A DNA stretch of 64,000 nucleotides from Ostrea edulis (taxonomy: Eukaryota), in contig NC_079170.1 in NCBI RefSeq assembly GCF_947568905.1, positions 14,136,001 through 14,200,000 on the forward strand, in the 5' to 3' direction. The translations under genes were made by a program, and so were the position numbers. This document shows, piece after piece, positions 1 to 12,887 of this stretch (position 1 is the first letter of the stretch; every line of letters begins with the position of its first letter). The notes beneath the pieces are model-generated. The model saw only the letters and a list, made by a program, of their open reading frames with translations, was not told the DNA's origin and ran no database searches.

Positions 1-220
1 AAACTTTCTTATTTTTGACATTATAAGAATTAACCGAACTAATTGAGAAAAAGATATTAACAGCAAATGCTAAGAACTATTAAATAGATTTTCCTACAAA
101 ATGACGCGTTTACGTAACTCGTGTTTCCACGGCCTACAGCCTCCCTTGGATATTATAGATATCCAGCATTCTAGATTATGTGTACGAACACTGTACACAT
201 GTTTTGAGATTTATAACATT

Positions 221-263
221 ATGCATCTGGTGCATCAAAATTGATATCGTATAAGTTTTACAT
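221..263 (+). repeat. 3' fragment of the hammerhead/retrozyme repeat (no catalytic core)
   Basis: atgcatctggtgcatcaaaattgatatcgtataagttttacat matches the sequence following the cleavage site in the 23233-23763 copies. Confidence 0.7.
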
Positions 264-1211
264 ATTATGGTTTAAATAGGCCCAGTGGTTGGAGAATTAG
301 ATTTACGTTTTCTAAGACAGAAAATTAACAGGGGAGGGGGGTTACATGGAGACTTAGGACTGTTATTTAAAAAATGATAAAAATATAAGGGATTTTTCAT
401 TTGTATTCTATTTTTACTTGTATAATTCTAAACATATTTTCACTTTGCCCTGTGTCCGGTTATATCTGAGAAGTCTTTGTTCCCATCGTCTGTTATTACT
501 GATGCTAAAGCGCGTGATGTATTCCGGAATCAGAAACGAACATAGTCTCTCTTTAGATACTACATGAATATAAACCGTGTGATGCCTTGCAATCACTGCC
601 TTAAGCATAAACAAATTCAAAACTCCTCGTTACACACGAATAATCAATTATATGTTTCAAAATATTGAATCCAAACGATAACTATTTCATGAAATTGTTA
701 TGAATACGTTTATATCGTTATAACCAAGGTTTTATAATATTGTTTAAGGAAAATTGCAATTTTCTGATATTGATGTATGATTCTCCTTATGCATGTCTCG
801 CATCTTAAAAAGTGCAATGACGTATATATTTATTATATTACTTATTAGTTATAACTTTAACAAATGGAAATGAATACATTTTTGATACTTTTGTCAGATT
901 GATTGACTGATTGATTGTATCTTGCTGAATGTCTCTCTCGAGATTTTTTACCCATATGGAGACTTTTATCAGATAATAATGCGAGTGTTGTTACCTTAAA
1001 ACAACAAATCAGTGATATACAACGACGAACTGCAGCTCACATAATGATATTTGTAAATGATAGTCTTCTCACTTTAGAAATGAGCCATGATTGTTTAAAG
1101 AATAGTCCATCCGTTGCTCCTGGAACCTTGTAAAAGAATATGAAGATGCGATGGTCCAAAGTCACTTATCATGAGTCAAATGTACATGTGTAACCTTTTA
1201 ACAAGTTCAGG

Positions 1212-1367
1212 TGAGATAAATAGAGGATATATATATTGTGTGTTTTGATATTTAGTTGACATGGTGTACTTATTCGCAAGGCTTGTCGAGCGAATAAATA
1301 CACAATATCAACGAGTTGGATAAACCAAATATCAAAATACGCTATTATAGATGCTCTATTTATCTCA
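1212..1367. repeat. Imperfect long inverted repeat (hairpin element)
   Basis: Outer arms tgagataaatagag / ctctatttatctca; inner ttttgatattt / aaatatcaaaa and ttattcgc / gcgaataa. Confidence 0.6.
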
Positions 1368-1373
1368 TGCATG

Positions 1374-3120
1374 GTGAAGATAACGAACAGCGATCAATCT
1401 CACAATCCTATCAGCAATACAAAATAGATAGTTGGGCAAACACGGACCCCTGGATACACCAGAGGTGGGATCAGGCGCCCAGGAGGAGGAAGCATCCCCT
1501 GTCGACCGGTCACACCCGCCGTGAGCCCTATATCCCGATCAGGCAAACGGAGCCATCCGCAGTCAAAATCAGTGTGCCAAGAACAGCTTAACAATCGGTA
1601 TGAAACACGCCAGACAGCACCTGACCCAATGCGAGGTTGCATTGACGAAGTAGATCGCCACAACGACCAGAGAATTTGCGAAACGCAGACCCCAATTGGA
1701 GACCGTTGAAATTCCTGTACCATCAACTTGTTTGTCAGTAGCTTACCTCGATTTAAAAACTGACCATACGCAGAACAAGCTCTTGCATATCGAATCAGTT
1801 GAGATATATAGACACCATATGCAGGTGATAATTGAATATTGCTACATAAATATGGGAAGTTGACGATGGAGAAGCTGAAATCATCCCGTTTGTCACACAG
1901 CCGAGCTGCCAGTCCGCCGTCAATGTCCACCTTCAATAAAATATCTAAGTATGAAGCAGAAGTGGACGACTCTGTGGTGTCCCTCATTTCGAGCTCACAG
2001 GGATATATCAAATCGACATATGAATGAAAGCTATCATTGTTTATAGGCAAAACGTCATCGATATATCTTAAAGTCGAACCGAAGGCCACAGCGAGGTATT
2101 TTTTCTTCTCACGTAGAAGTTTTTGAATAAATTCTGCTTCATATGAATATAAAAACAGGTCAGCTAACAAAGGAGCACAATTCTTTCCCATGGGAATTCC
2201 AACAGACTGTTGGAAGACCTGATCACCAAAGACCACGAAAATATTGTCAATGAGGAACTCTAGCATATTTTTTTAATTTCAACTTCAGAGTACTTGTGCG
2301 TGGAATCAAAGTGGTGTTTAACAAAGTAAGTTTTTGAATGACTGATCACTAGATATGAATATTTCCGTTTTCCGTTTTTGTTGAAGAAGGAACTGTCTAT
2401 GATGGCAAAAAGTCTAGTCTTTAATTTATCGTGAGCAATGGTCGTGTGTAGTGTTGAAAAGTAATAGGTTTTAATGTTATTGATTTGGGAAAAATTCTGC
2501 AATTTCAAGTTTACTAAAAGTTCTTTAGAATTTTTTAGAATCCACATTTGATTAACACCACTTCTGGCATATGTAGTCGCACAGTAAGTTTGAAGTTTCT
2601 CCTTCACAGCTGTTAACATTTTCGTGAGGAGCAAAGATGGGGGCTTAGTAGAGCACTTACTGGATCCAGCAATGTATCTTTGTTTCTAAGGATTTTTATG
2701 TAGTTTTGGAATCCAATATAGGCACGGTAACTCATATTCATTCGACCCATTGACTGGAATATTAAATGTGTCAAGAACTGAAGCATGGATTTGAAGAATT
2801 CCATCTTTTGAAAGGGCTGTTGGAGTATAAGTATGATTACCAAAAGTGGAATTAATGCCAAGTTCGTTTAAAATACAGTTGTAATAATGAGCCTTACAAA
2901 GAAAGACAATGTTATTAATAGCTTTGTCAGCTGGAACCAAAACATATTCCTCATGTAACCTATCTAATTCTTTTATCACTTCTGGTTTACTAAACACAGA
3001 AGGATAGATGTTACGTACTTTTGTTTTCATGTGTCTAATGCGGGATTTTAATATCCCTCTTATGCTTTTAACCCATTCTGACAATGTATCAAGTTCAAGC
3101 TCATACATCTTCTTTTCACT
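1374..3120 (-). mobile_element. Penelope-like retroelement remnant (Naiad/Chlamys-type RT), 5'-truncated, inactive
   Basis: Joined ORFs 3120-1400 give LVPADKA..NN, LYWIPKLHKNP, GIPMG.NCAPLLADLFLYSYE, RYIDD, DKRDDFSF.IVNFP and YISQLIRYARAC, with no C-terminal GIY-YIG. Nonsense codon after KLHKNP, frameshifts near 2265 and 1700, and YDFSTLY decayed to YYFSTLH. Ends in the family 3' terminus (cgttatcttcacc). Confidence 0.85.
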
Positions 3121-5069
3121 TAATTTTGAGATGATCCCCAGTATGGCAGAAACAGCTGATTGAATTGTTTTGAATCCGTGGGTCAGACGTCGTGCTGAAT
3201 CTGTCTTCCTTACGCAAAAAAAAAATAGTGCGCTTATAATCCATTGATATACAGTACAAAAGAGCATTTTTTATAAAAGAAACCAAGGATGAAAATTGTT
3301 TTAGAAGGGATTATAGTTTATGATTAATAATGATTTTGCCATTCCAACAAAGTAACAACTATTGACCGAGTATTTATTTTTTGACGTAGGCCTGACTTTC
3401 TGATAAAAGTTTGATGTCGTCGTCTTTTTGAAATAAACAAGTTTAACAACGATCTATGAATGTAATATTTTAATGCAGCATTATTAGAATATTCAACAGC
3501 TTACAATGAAAAATAGAAGTGTTTGTGCATTTGGATTTAATTTACGTAGTTTCTTTGGATCTGAGGGCGAGAGAAAATCCTAGTAAGTAAAGCTATTGAG
3601 ATTTGTTACATTCAATATGCTCCAGAGAAAAGAGACTGTGTATGTGAATACTTTGCACCACAGCATGTCGAGGTACTTTCGTTTATGCTTGTCTAGTATG
3701 CGGTCGATTCCTTGTTGATGATAATAGTGTGCACATACTTTTTTTGTTTTTTGATCGTAATTTTTGGGTAGTTATTGACCGCGTTGGCATTTTTATTGGC
3801 CGGTAACTTGCATTATATGTCAGTGGGGGCAACATCTTTTTAATTTTGCTATAAATAAATTCTAAATAAATACAGACTAACAAGTTTTACGCTTTGTTTC
3901 ATGCATCGATATGCATAAACACAGAAAATATGTCATCCAAGCGGGGACAGTGTCAGAAGTAGTTCGGACCGGAAGCTAATGCTTTATCTCACTTGCACAC
4001 TTATGAAATAAAGCGAGGTATCCCATCCTAGCATGGAATATCGTAAGATCACATTTCTCTAAGTGCTATTGAAGTAGAAAAATCGGAATATTTTATTCCA
4101 ATGACATCTACCTTTCACTTGTAAAGCAGTAGAAACTAATATATTCTGATGGAAGAAAGTATTCTCCAAAGAATAGTATTTAATATCAAATACAAGCTAT
4201 GGGATAAAAACCTTGGTTGTTAGGAGAGTACCCTCCCAGTGAGTTCATTAAAACATACAGTGTATAATTATGTAGTATTAAAACATTTTCGAATGTAATA
4301 TAGCTATCTATGTGTATGAAAAATACATACGGTCAGAAATGATTTAAGGGGGGGGGGGCTAAAATTTTCAAATTTAAGGTAAATTTGTGGTATGTTGTTT
4401 AGAAAAATGCATACGATAAAAGTAGCAATAATTTCTTCCACTCTCAGGGCAATAAATAACAAAATCTGTCTGATTTATTGAATTACGTTTATTAGGAGAA
4501 CTTACATTTATCTCAAAACTCCTTAAAGTTTGCGTAATTTTATTGATTTCACTCTATCAATAATGACAGAAGATAGTACCAAAACCCCTGCCTCATAAAG
4601 TTGCGCCCCCTAAACGCAGTTCATGGATCCGCCTCTGTAAAGATGTATGGCGAAAAAAGATAATCGGAACTGAGTCACAAGTGTGTTGTGGGTTACCCAA
4701 TGTGAAATCCCATAGGGAATAACGATTCAATACCAAAGCCAACTATGAAGGATGTGCGAAATCCAAAGCTGTTTTTTGAGCTTTTTTTTTTTTTTTTTAC
4801 AAGTTACGCATATATTTTTCGATGTATTTTCTTTGATGTGTAACCTCCGATCGGAAAATATTTTGCTCATTTTGGGACATTATAAGCTAAAACTAAAATC
4901 ATTGCATTGGTTTTGGTAAAAGAGAATATTTCTTAAAACTTTCGCTTTATATTTTGATGAATTAAACATCAATTTAGCGCTGAGAAAACTGATATCACGC
5001 ACCATTTTCCAGTGATAGTATACAGATCTTTATGTTTATGTTTGCTTCCAATAAAAAAGATTACGGAAA

Positions 5070-5240
5070 ATATAAACCCCTGGACACGTCAGATGAGGGA
5101 TCAAGTACATGGGAGTAAGTATCCTTTGTTGACCGGCCACATCTACTGTGTCTCAATCACATGAAGGAGTGATTTGTAGTCAAAATTAATGTGTAAAGAA
5201 CGGCCTAACAATTGTTATGGAACAGATTTGGCCTAATGCG
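5070..5240 (-). mobile_element. Degenerate Naiad-type PLE 3' fragment
   Basis: acccctggacac...gagtaagtatcc...gaccggccacat...gtagtcaaaat matches the terminal repeat at 1374-1620. Confidence 0.6.
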
Positions 5241-5522
5241 ATATTTATTTTCTTTTTACTTGACAATACGCCTACACATGTCAAGTTCCAATTTCGGAAC
5301 ATTTTTACATGTGTATCAATATGTTTATTTTTGTCATTTTGGAGACAATGACCTTGTTTCGTGCAGTTTAATATGATTGTTTACCATGTAATCTTATTGT
5401 AGTCCCTGAACTTGATATTGTTCTTTCGATAATTAAGAGTTGTCTTTCTTGCTACATTTTGTATCCTTATCATAAACTGTACATAGATAATTTATTCAAT
5501 ATGTAACGATACATCAATGAAT

Positions 5523-5791
5523 ACTTCATTACTAGCTTGAAAATACGGATGCATATTTAATTGCTATGATAGAAATTCATTTCAAAATTAAGGATTATTT
5601 CCCTCATGCATAGCTCTTATCCTTAGACGAATTTGACTTCACATTTTGGCACTCTGTTTTTCACTAAAGTAACTCTAACAAGTGGTGTTATTTCGGATTT
5701 CATACATTTCGATTGAGCATCACTGAAGAGACATTATTTGTCGAAATGCGCATCTGGTGTATCAAAATTGGTACCGTATAAGATTTTACAT
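5523..5791 (+). ncRNA. Retrozyme-family repeat, partial monomer with an intact type I hammerhead core (about 5716-5760)
   Basis: gcatca-CTGAAGA-gac attattt gtc-GAAA-tgcgca-TC-tggtgt; stems I and II pair; predicted cleavage after 5754. Confidence 0.8.
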
Positions 5792-6399
5792 CATTGAGAT
5801 ATAGCTGCTTTTGTGATACCTTAGATATATTACATTGTATCATTGCGATTCATAATTCACCGCGAGGCTCAATTTGATTTTTGTTATTCGAATGAACGAT
5901 CAGATCAGTGTCACTGATATTAGTGCTATCAAGTTTGACACTTAAAAGTTTTATGCATTTTGAATGAAATTGTTTTAATCTTAAGTCAGAATTAATAATT
6001 ATTTTCTATCATTATTCAGTTAAACCACCTTGATATCTCACTCTTATCACCTCGATCACCGGGCTCGTTGTGAAGACTTGACGACGATCTTCTTGTACTT
6101 GCCATGTCGTTCTGTTGATAGCTGTCATGAGGAGATTTTAGTACACTCCTCAACGTTGTCTGACGAATTTTTCCTCTGTCATCTGCGTCCTACCTCTACA
6201 GATATTGCTTGACATGTAATGGTCAGTTGGTTGGTTGTTTGATATCTAATGATCAGTTGGCTGGAAGTTTGTTTTACGTCTCATCGAGAATTTGTCACTC
6301 ATATTGAGACATCACCAGTTGCAGATGAAGTACCACAGGATTAGACTGATATCTAGCGCTTAAAGCCTTATCAGTGAGGGTTTTATAACCTGTTACTGC

Positions 6400-6590
6400 T
6401 TGCATGAAAGGTGAAGTTGACAAACAGTGATCAATCACATAACTCTTATAAGCACTACAAAATAGATAGTCGTGCAAAAACGGACCCCTGGACACACCAG
6501 AGGTGTGATCAAGTGCCTAGGAGGAGCAAGCATCTTTTATCAACATGTCACACCCTCCGTGAACCCTATATCTTGATCAGGTAAACATTT
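6400..6590 (-). mobile_element. Naiad-type PLE 3' terminal fragment
   Basis: gaaaggtgaag...cagtgatcaatc...cggacccctggacacaccagaggtg...tcttgatcaggtaaac. Confidence 0.75.
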
Positions 6591-6619
6591 TAAAGTTCAT
6601 ATCGGTTTCGAATTGCGTT

Positions 6620-6730
6620 TGGCGAAGGAGCAATCACTGCCTATATTAACATCGTAGGTTTGACGTGACCATGGCGCGAGCGATGCTCAAACTCACGGCC
6701 TCCCAGTTGCGAAGTCCAATTGGCTATAAT
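6620..6730 (-). mobile_element. Degenerate tRNA-derived SINE 5' part
   Basis: Reverse complement of gcgtttggcgaaggagcaatcactgcctat...taggtttgacg...ctcaaactcacggcctccc resembles the head and body of the 35521 SINE. Confidence 0.5.
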
Positions 6731-7516
6731 ACACTTGACATGCATATACTGTGAAATACATGTTATAATAGAATAATTTATGGTTTAATCTTTACAGAAT
6801 TGTGCTCAATACTATCATGACAATTAAGTATTGAATTATTAGAACGGCTTTTCCAGAGACTCTAAGAAACGAAATTACTTGAAACATTTTCTTGAAACAT
6901 AAATTTGTGGAGAGCATAACGGTGTCTGTTGTACTTGAGAATGCAAATGCAAGGTGGTATATTTAGGAATCACAGTTTTTGGAAATGAAATGCCGTGTAT
7001 ACGACTTAATATCTCGTACGCACGACATAGCATATCGTGAGAAAAACAACATCACTTTTCATGAGCACGACCGATAATTTCATGCATGCGATATAAATCT
7101 CGTTTACGCGATATAATACACTGTATCCAGTGTGCATGACTTATCATATCCAGGCTGGCTGATATTTGGCTCAAATATCGAATTAGCTAGCAAAATTTGC
7201 CAAACCATTGTTGAATTTACTGGACTTGTTATTAGAACGACAAAAGGTGGATTTATTCTTAACAATGGAAAGTAGATGCTTTTGTTGAATAAAAAAGATG
7301 ACTCATCACCTGTTAATTTGTTCAAAGCTATACTTAACATTTTTCTTGTCATCTTTACGACGAAAAAAAAGAATAAAATCCTGCATAACAGTGATCATGA
7401 AATAATCATGTGTAAACGAGGGATTGTACTGACGTTATATTGGGAGAGTTAAATAATTTCTAATCACTTCGTCGATAATATGGAAAGAAAAGGCTTTTAA
7501 AGTTCCTATCAATACT

Positions 7517-7708
7517 AACTCGTTATCACGAGATACCTAACTCATTATAACGAGACATTAACTCGTTCTAACGAGATATCGACTCGTTGTAACATGATGC
7601 TAACTCGTTGTAACGATATTATGTACTCGTTATAACGAGATAATAGCTGGTTATAACGAGATAATAACTCGTGGTTATGAGATACAGACTCGTTACAACA
7701 AGATGTTT
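7517..7708. repeat. About 21-bp minisatellite (about 10 units), each unit a palindrome (ctcgttataacgag)
   Basis: aactcgttatcacgagatacct / aactcattataacgagacatt / aactcgttctaacgagatatc ... contiguous units without unique spacers. Confidence 0.8.
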
Positions 7709-7810
7709 AACTCGTTACAACGAGTTAGATGTTTTTTTTTTACCTTTTCAAATATCAGCCTATCCGGTTTTCATGATAAATCATTTAGATACTTCTACTA
7801 ATTACGAGGT

Positions 7811-9124
7811 AACAAGAGGCCCGGTATGCCACTTAAGCAATACAAGAACTGGAACATAGGCCACCTTGGCCCTACCATTGTTCAGTTGTTGGAGCTTTAG
7901 AATAGTTTGCATTTAATCTAATTAAAATTAGATCGTATGACCCGCTCATCTACTATCGCTACACCAGTAGATGAGCGGATCATAGGATCTTTTATTCCCA
8001 CGAAAAATGTTGACCCCATATTGTGACCCCCTACTTAGCCCCAACAGCCACAACATAACTGAACATGAATTCACATAACACAGAATGCCTCAAAAACAAT
8101 TTGACTTGCATGATTTTGCTGTTCTGGATAATACAAAAGTCACAAGGTCATATATCACGGTATGATACGAAATGCGTTGCCATAAGAATTATGTAAAAAG
8201 TGTATGGAAGTTCTATTTTGAATAGTTGAGGAAATTTTGAATAGGTAAGATCTTTTATCAAACCTAGGTCAAACTTCTAGATAACGACCACAAGGTAAAG
8301 CATTGAAGTAAATCAAAGTCTTGTCATAAATGTATATACATACAAAATATAAAAGTTCTTCCTTAAATAGTCTAGGGAATATTGATTACGCCAGGGTTTT
8401 CATAGAAAGTAGGTCAAAGTTACTAGATCAAAAATGTTTTTGTCAAAAGGTCGTCTTGTGATAAAGTATTTAGATGCAAAATATAAAAGCCCTACCTTGG
8501 ATACTTCTGAAAATGTTTAATAGAATACACTTTCTTAAAAGTAGGTCAAATGCCAATCTACTAGGTCTAAGGTTATAATATGAAATAAAAGGTATTGTCA
8601 TAAGATTTTTATGAAACAAATCTACTCTATTCCAGAAAGGTTTCATGTAAATGTAAACTTTTTTGGGTCAGTAATCCAAAGGAAGGATTTTAAAGACGTT
8701 TTCATATAAATGTATATTACCATGTGAAACGTCGATCCCCTTTCGTTGCTCCACGCTACCCCCGGGGAGCATAATTGTAACAAACTTGAATTTGCATTAT
8801 GTCAGAAAACTTTCATGTACATGTAAACTTTTCTGGTCTATTGGTTCTTGAGATAATTTTTGAAAGACCCCACAAAAAGACAAAAATATTTTAGTGATTA
8901 TCTCCCCTTTGAAGGGGACATGCTCCTTCATTTGAACAAGTCTGAACCCACTTCACCCAAGAATGCTTTTCGCCAAGTGTGGTGAAAACTGGTCCAATGG
9001 TTCTGGAGAAGAAGTCGAAAATGTGAAAAGTTTACAGACAGATAGATAGATAGATGACCAGAAGACGGACAACTGGTGATAAGAAGAAAAGCTCACTCGG
9101 GCTTTCAGCTCAGGTAAACTAAAA
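7811..9124 (+). mobile_element. Non-autonomous Helentron-associated (HINE/pearl-like) element
   Basis: Starts aacaagaggccc, has satellite-like internal sequence, a gacagatagataga microsatellite near the 3' end and a terminal agctcac..gctttcagctcaggt.a.ctaaaa hairpin followed by an A run. This architecture is typical of oyster HINEs (recognised from memory, not searched). Confidence 0.65.
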
Positions 9125-9700
9125 TATGTTCAGTCATATTTCACATAGGCAATACAAAAACACACTGGACAAAAAGTCACAGGACAAAACATCAAAGAAA
9201 AAACTGACCATTGACAAAAATGTTACAGTTATAAATTTCATAAAAGTGGGACAAAGAATAAAAGGACAGACAGTCATAATTGATAAGAAAATATTGATTT
9301 TGATTCATCAAACTCAAACTTTAAATTTTAGTAATGATAATTTGATGATCAAATTTTTATTCCTTTTATCATGTTTATTATAGAATAAGAATTAGATTTT
9401 GAAAAAGGAGTGAGAAAAAACAAGTAGCAAGTGAAGTCATATAATAATTGTTAAAGAAACAAGTTCACGTTTCTTTTTTCAATATTGAAAGTGCTAAGTG
9501 TGGCATAAAGAAAGCCCTGCAACATTTTGTTCTTTTTTTTTCTTTTACCAAGCAATACTATCTCTAGAGGTAGAATAATATTTCAGAGAATTCAAATTGG
9601 ATTTCAATAATTCATTTAATAGCCAGGTTTAATCAAACACCGTATCAGAGTTTCAACTTTGTAGGTTTCTCAATAGGTAAATTTCTTAAATTTGTTAAAT

Positions 9701-11389
9701 TTAGCACGAAATACACCAGCCGGAGAATGCCACTCTCATATTGACGGAGCTACAAATAGATCCAACAGGGGTATAATTAGGTCTGGTTCTGATCCCAACT
9801 GAGTCTCCCTGATTCACATCAACGACGACGACACCGGTGACGGCGTTATACGTATTCGATCCTTGGTTATAAGTCACCCCAAATGGACTGCTATTGACAG
9901 TCATTTCGATGGGAAAGTATGAATTACCGCACGCAAAAGTTGTCCACGTGAAGACGTAAACTCCAGACACAGGGGGAGTGAAGAAACCCGTGTGCTTGTT
10001 GTAGCCATTTCCCAAATTAGTGACAACATGATCATAGACAAGAATATGATGTGCTCCGGGGTCGGTTTCTGTATGAGACATATAGGCATAAAATGCTATC
10101 GTTCCTTCTACAGCTCTTCCAATAGCTGGTAAACCTAGAAAAACACTATTTAGTGAGGATTGCGTTACTGCAATAACCGATAGCAGAATAAAAACACTAG
10201 CTGTTTTAAGTTACAGGGCCAATCATTACTGGTTGCAAAATACTACTACTTCCTTATCAATCCATAGTAGATGTAATAAGGTTTCTTGTATGCTAGAAAC
10301 AAATGACAAAACATCAAAGAAACGCACAGCAATGTTTTTTTGTTTTTTTTTTTTTTTTTTTAGATTGTACGCTGACACTTGTACTACTCAGACACAGACA
10401 AGTACTGACCTTAATCTTAAATGATTATGTTACCTTTAAGGAGACCCGATACGCTAACCCGATATAATTTGGGTATATAAAACCACGCCTGTCATGTCAC
10501 TCAAATGGTAATGAAACGGTACTGAAGATGATATATCGTTGCTGGTTTTTGATATGAAATCTTACAAAATTTTAGATTTTGCAGAAAAGACAATAATAGA
10601 AACGTAATCGTTTACATTTGAACCCATCCTTACGAGTTGATATTTTCACTCATACAATCTCTGATTAGCATTACCTCTTGAGTACACAAATGTGTACCCA
10701 CAGGACATTTAGAAATAAATGCTATAATATGTAAACCAGGGTCAGATAATTGAAACTCTTCTGTATTTACCGGTGTGCAGTGTATCGGGATTCCTTAAAA
10801 TGAAACATATATGACAAATTAAGCATTGGATTTCCTAATCACCTACCGGTAACAAAATCAAATAATCTTGCAGTGAATATGACTTGTTGATAATTCAAGA
10901 AATCTAATTCGAATAATTCACTTTCAAAGGAATAAGGATATACAATTATGCATTTACTCAGTGTGGAATAGTACCCACCAAAAGCTGTACATATGACTTA
11001 CGAATATTTCATACATAAAACATGCAAATATGAATAGAAAAAAAATATACTTGAAGGGTCAATTCTAAAGTTTGAGTTGTGTTCTTACCCAAAATATTTC
11101 TTTTTTCCAGTGTTGACACATAAGGTGGCGTGGTTTTATTTTCGCCTTTTGCATTCATGTCCTTCCAATCCAAAAGAGTTTTCTTTAAATGATCAATTTC
11201 GGTTCCTTGTTTGTGAACTAGTTCCTCCAAATTCTTCATCATTTTCCCCTGCCTATTCACAATCGTGTTAAGTGTTTCTTCATGTCTCTGACGGCGTACT
11301 CCAACAACCGTAACCATGTCACAAGTTGTCAGAATGAGTGAGTTGATGAAAATTATACCAATAAGTGAAACTTGTGAACAGACGACCAT
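9701..11389 (-). CDS. C1q domain-containing protein (signal peptide, coiled coil, gC1q), about 244 aa; exons 11389-11089 and 10134-9701
   Basis: Phase-1 donor TGG|GTAAGA at 11089/11088 joins phase-1 acceptor TTCTAG|GT at 10134, giving ...KRNILGLPAIGRAVEGTIAFYAYMSH...YDHVVTNLGNGYNKHTGFFTPPVSGVYVFTWT...VVVDVNQGDSV...AFSGW; these are gC1q hallmarks. Confidence 0.88.
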
Positions 11390-12887
11390 GACGATGTGTT
11401 TTAATAATCTTCCAAGTTATCTGCAATATTTATACGTATTTGCAGACTGGTCTTAAAATTCTGCACCTGCTATGACGATAAATTAAAAGATTATTTCTTG
11501 AACTCCTTCGATTATCACAGAGCGGCCTACCTACCAATCTGATGCACCTGCATGCGAACCCTTTGTTTAACTTTTCAGTTTTCCCAGCCTCTCTTCACTC
11601 GTATGCCAACCTTTTGATGAGGCGACTGGAACGTCATCATATGAAAAATTCTGGATGCACTGACTAAAGTCATCTCATTTTCAACGTCTCAACAAATTTC
11701 ATAAACTTCTCCAAGATGATTATAGCCTGATCATTCTCCAGATTATTTTAAAACAATATTTATCAAATAAACAATATTAGTTTATGGGATTGGGCATCAG
11801 ACTTAGCCTATATTTTTCATGTTATGAATTCCAGACGTTCGTTTGATAATTTCGTCTCTCCTACAGCTGTATTTTTTTTTCATAGTAATTGTACCTTTAA
11901 ACCTTACTCACTAGTTTCACAGGCTATTTTATAAGATAACATACCGGCTCACAGGACAGATTGCTAATTAATTTTCCCTACGTATCCCCTGTATAGTAGT
12001 ATTAGCTGCTATAATTGATTTCTGTACAATAGTACAAACTTATTACCTACTATAAGTGGTCCCTGGACAGCAGCATTAACTGATACAATTGTTTTCTGTA
12101 TAGCAGTAGTAACTATCATAAGTGATCACTGTACAACGGCATTAACTACTATAGGTGAACATATCAAATATCAATTATGTCTTACACGGCGAATTGTGCG
12201 GCGTGGAATATTTCGGTTGACACAGGATAATTAACACTTTAATTAATCACTTGACACTCTTCATTTTTATTTCCGGAACATGCTTTCTGACAAAAACTTG
12301 TCGGTTTGTTGTGCCAGATCATTTATCATTCCTCCTACAACTTACCTGGATTAAAACAGACGAGGCTGTTTTTAGACACAATACAACACGTAACTAATGA
12401 GATAATCCACGAACACAATCCTAAACTATCTGATCGGGTTGATTTATTTGTCTCTTTACAAATACTACATAACAATCACCTGCACGTGAAATCGTCCAAC
12501 ATTTGTCCATTGATCGAGTTTCTCACAGTAATAACGCATGCGTGCGTACCTTAGAATTGTACGTATACAAACAGCATTGTATTCACCATTATTGATAGGC
12601 CGTTTGAATACAGGAACTTTGTCTGACTCAGTCTGATAAATGATAATTTTTTGCCATTTTAACCGCAAATGGAAGAGAAAGCCAGTGTCTAACGGACTGC
12701 AACTTATAACAGTAGGTGTGAAATCACTATGCATGATGTGTGTAGGCACGTCCAGCAATGCTATAAAGACTCTTTAAGACTGGGTTAAAATCAGAGCTTG
12801 TGATATAATTCTTAGAGTTTTCATAATTTTATTTTGGAGGGTTGTCTCAAAATATATCTACTAGTAAACGCATAGGGAGTCTTAACA

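Noticed and set aside
414-1133. Possible exons of a gene at the window start (ORFs 414-620 and 915-1133)
   Set aside because: No recognisable domain; the candidate spliced segment near 985-1128 has stops in all three minus frames.
1400-3267. Active reverse transcriptase gene
   Set aside because: Nonsense codon, two frameshifts, loss of the first catalytic Asp and 5' truncation.
7517-7708. CRISPR-like array of palindromic repeats
   Set aside because: Units are contiguous with no unique spacers, the context is eukaryotic and no cas genes are present.
11009-11088. Extension of C1q exon 1 to a donor at 11051 (or to the ORF stop)
   Set aside because: A phase-0 donor is incompatible with the phase-1 C1q exon; the GTAAGA donor at 11088 fits.
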